Made by a program: the position numbers and the translations under genes. 64,000 nucleotides of DNA, from contig OZ024760.1 in the NCBI GenBank assembly GCA_964016885.1, positions 3,658,001-3,722,000 of the forward strand, given 5' to 3'. The DNA comes from Eledone cirrhosa. Lineage: Eukaryota. Shown here one piece after another: positions 61,078-64,000 of the stretch (position 1 is its first letter; every line of letters begins with the position of its first letter). A model generated the notes under the pieces. The model saw nothing but the letters and a program-made list of their open reading frames with translations, did no database searches and was not told where the DNA came from.

Positions 61078-61365
61078 ATATATTTTTGTGTATTTCATTG
61101 GTCAATTTGAACTCTGTTCCCAAACAGACCTGTAATTTTGAATTGTTGTTATTATCAATAAATACATTTCATTATTTCTGAAGACGGCATATGTATGTGT
61201 TGGTATGTATATTATATTTGATAATTTGTATAATTTTGTACATAGATCTGTTGAATATGCATACCAATTCTAACACATATATGTCCTAGAAACGATCGTT
61301 AAATAATGAACTTTTTTTGTTTAATATAAGGAACTGTTTCATTGTTTTATTCATTATTTTTTTAA
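61078..61365 (+). mobile_element. Solo pLTR-like copy of the 50-53 kb PLE 3' end
   Basis: Homologous to ~52720-53045 (ATTGGTCAATT...TGTTCCCAAACAGACC...GGAACTGTT). Confidence 0.85.
61168..61310 (+). ncRNA. Type I hammerhead with ~104-nt stem II domain (family H)
   Basis: ttcattattt-CTGAAGA-(ggcatatgtatgtgttggtatgtatatt...aatatgcataccaa..acacatatatgtc)-GAAA-cgatcg-TT-aaataatgaa; 10-bp perfect stem I. Confidence 0.78.
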
Positions 61366-61386
61366 TATTTTACATACATATATATA

Positions 61387-61470
<84 letters not shown>

Positions 61471-61818
61471 TGTATATATATATGTATATATACATATATG
61501 TATATATACAAATATATATATGTATATATACATATATGTATATATATATATGTATATATACATATATGTATATATATATATGTATATATACATATATGTA
61601 TATATATATATGTATATATATGTATATACATATATGTATATATATATATGTATATATACATATATGTATATATATATATATGTATATATACATATATGTA
61701 TATATATATATGTGTATATATACATATATGTATATATACATATATATATGTTAATATGTATATAAACATATATATATATATGTATATATACATATATGTA
61801 TATATACATATATATATG

Positions 61819-61849
<31 letters not shown>

Positions 61850-61895
61850 GTATATATACATACATATATATATGTATATATACATATATATATAC

Positions 61896-61954
<59 letters not shown>

Positions 61955-62035
61955 TATATATACATGTATATATACATATATATATGTATATATATATATA
62001 TATTTATATACATGTATGTATTATACATATATATA

Positions 62036-62068
<33 letters not shown>

Positions 62069-62256
62069 GTATGTATATATACATATATATATATGTATAT
62101 ATATATATTTATATATATGTATATATACAAACATATATATATATGTATGTATATATACGTATATATATATGTATATATATATATTTATATATATGTATGT
62201 ATATATACATATATATGTATGTATATATACGTATATATATATATATGTATATATAC

Positions 62257-62392
<136 letters not shown>

Positions 62393-62525
62393 GTATGTAT
62401 ATATACATATATATGTATGTCTATATACATATATATATGTATGTATATATATATATATATGTATATATACTTATATATAGATATATATATATATGTATAT
62501 ATACCATATATATAATATATACAAA

Positions 62526-62569
<44 letters not shown>

Positions 62570-62603
62570 TGTATATATACATATATATATATATGTATAT
62601 ATA

Positions 62604-62636
<33 letters not shown>

Positions 62637-62726
62637 GTATATATACGTATATATATATGTATATATACGTATATATATATGTATATATATATACATATAT
62701 GTATATATACATATATATATATAAAC

Positions 62727-62769
<43 letters not shown>

Positions 62770-63381
62770 AATGTATATATACATAAATATATACACAACT
62801 AATAGCACTAAATAAAAAAAGAGACTACTTCGGTAAAATACAAATAAATGCCAAGTTAGTTGCCCTCCTAATGACCTGTTGACCGCATGGCTGGTCACAC
62901 TTGTATGAACTTTAGAACACAACTTCTACTTCCCTCCTACTTCTTCAAATTCTCACTCCCCCTCACTCTTCTACGTGGGACATTCCTGCTACTGCTACTA
63001 CTTCATTTTATTATACACTCTCTCTCCCTCACTTACTCCTCCCAATCTTTCTGCTGTTCTAGAAGCCATTCATTCTTTTTAGGAAATTTTTAAATATTTT
63101 TTTAATGACCCCCCCCCCCTCTCTCTCTCCAGATAACACATGTACACTGCTCTATATATATATATAAGTAAATAAACAATAATCTAACTATATATATATA
63201 GTGTGTGTTTGTGTGTGTAGGTGAGATTATGAGCTGCATGTGTGTGTATGTATAAATATACATATACACACACGTATATATATATATATATATACACACA
63301 CATGGATATATATGTATGTACGTATGTATGTACCTTCTTTGTTTTATATATATGTATGTACGTATGTATGTACCGTCTTTG

Positions 63382-63507
<126 letters not shown>

Positions 63508-63602
63508 TATAATCTAACTATATATATATATACACACACTATATATACATACATACATAGATATATACATATACATATATGTGTGTGTGTGTATATATAT
63601 CA

Positions 63603-63671
<69 letters not shown>

Positions 63672-63836
63672 GATTATTATTTATTGACACACGTATATAA
63701 TATGCTTATTATAACATTGAGGTGCTTCCGTATGGCCACATACCTTGAGCACGAACAGCAAAAAAGTAAAAGAATTAAAAACATACACACCACACACACA
63801 CATAAAGTATATATATATATATATAGGAAAAAGTAT

Positions 63837-63873
63837 GACCCCGACGGCAGAGCTCAAGCCGTTTCGACGGCTA
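63837..63873 (-). ncRNA. 3' half-hammerhead motif (family G)
   Basis: Minus strand: tagccgtc-GAAA-cggct tgagctc tgccg-TC-ggggtc. Confidence 0.55.
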
Positions 63874-63904
63874 TTTATAAATATATATGCGTCAATAGAA
63901 AAAT

Positions 63905-63975
<71 letters not shown>

Positions 63976-64000
63976 GCACATATATTTGTATATATATATG

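Overview
This is eukaryotic, non-genic, repeat-saturated DNA. The tRNA-derived SINEs, RTE LINEs, Penelope-like elements and huge (TA)n arrays are most consistent with an octopod cephalopod genome (inference from recalled repeat families, not a database search). I find no convincing host gene; nearly all listed ORFs (YI-, T-, P- and V-rich) are translations of microsatellites. Real coding remnants are retroelements: two large Penelope-like elements (PLEs; 50290-53045 and 56272-60310, RT plus GIY-YIG), PLE fragments, one decayed RTE LINE (42625-44290), short RTE and CR1 fragments, and an ORF1-like piece. The main hidden signal is about 25-30 hammerhead-ribozyme (HHR)-like motifs, read by eye, in at least 8 sequence families, mostly embedded in (TA)n. 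They include canonical minimal type I HHRs, a family with a ~100-nt stem II, a family with a non-canonical core, and a recurring 'half-hammerhead' with a built-in alternative fold. One HHR family repeatedly forms near-perfect head-to-head foldbacks whose short arm stops 51-52 nt past the predicted cleavage site in all three copies, which points to a defined integration mechanism. All structures were paired by hand, and coordinates of degenerate elements are approximate.
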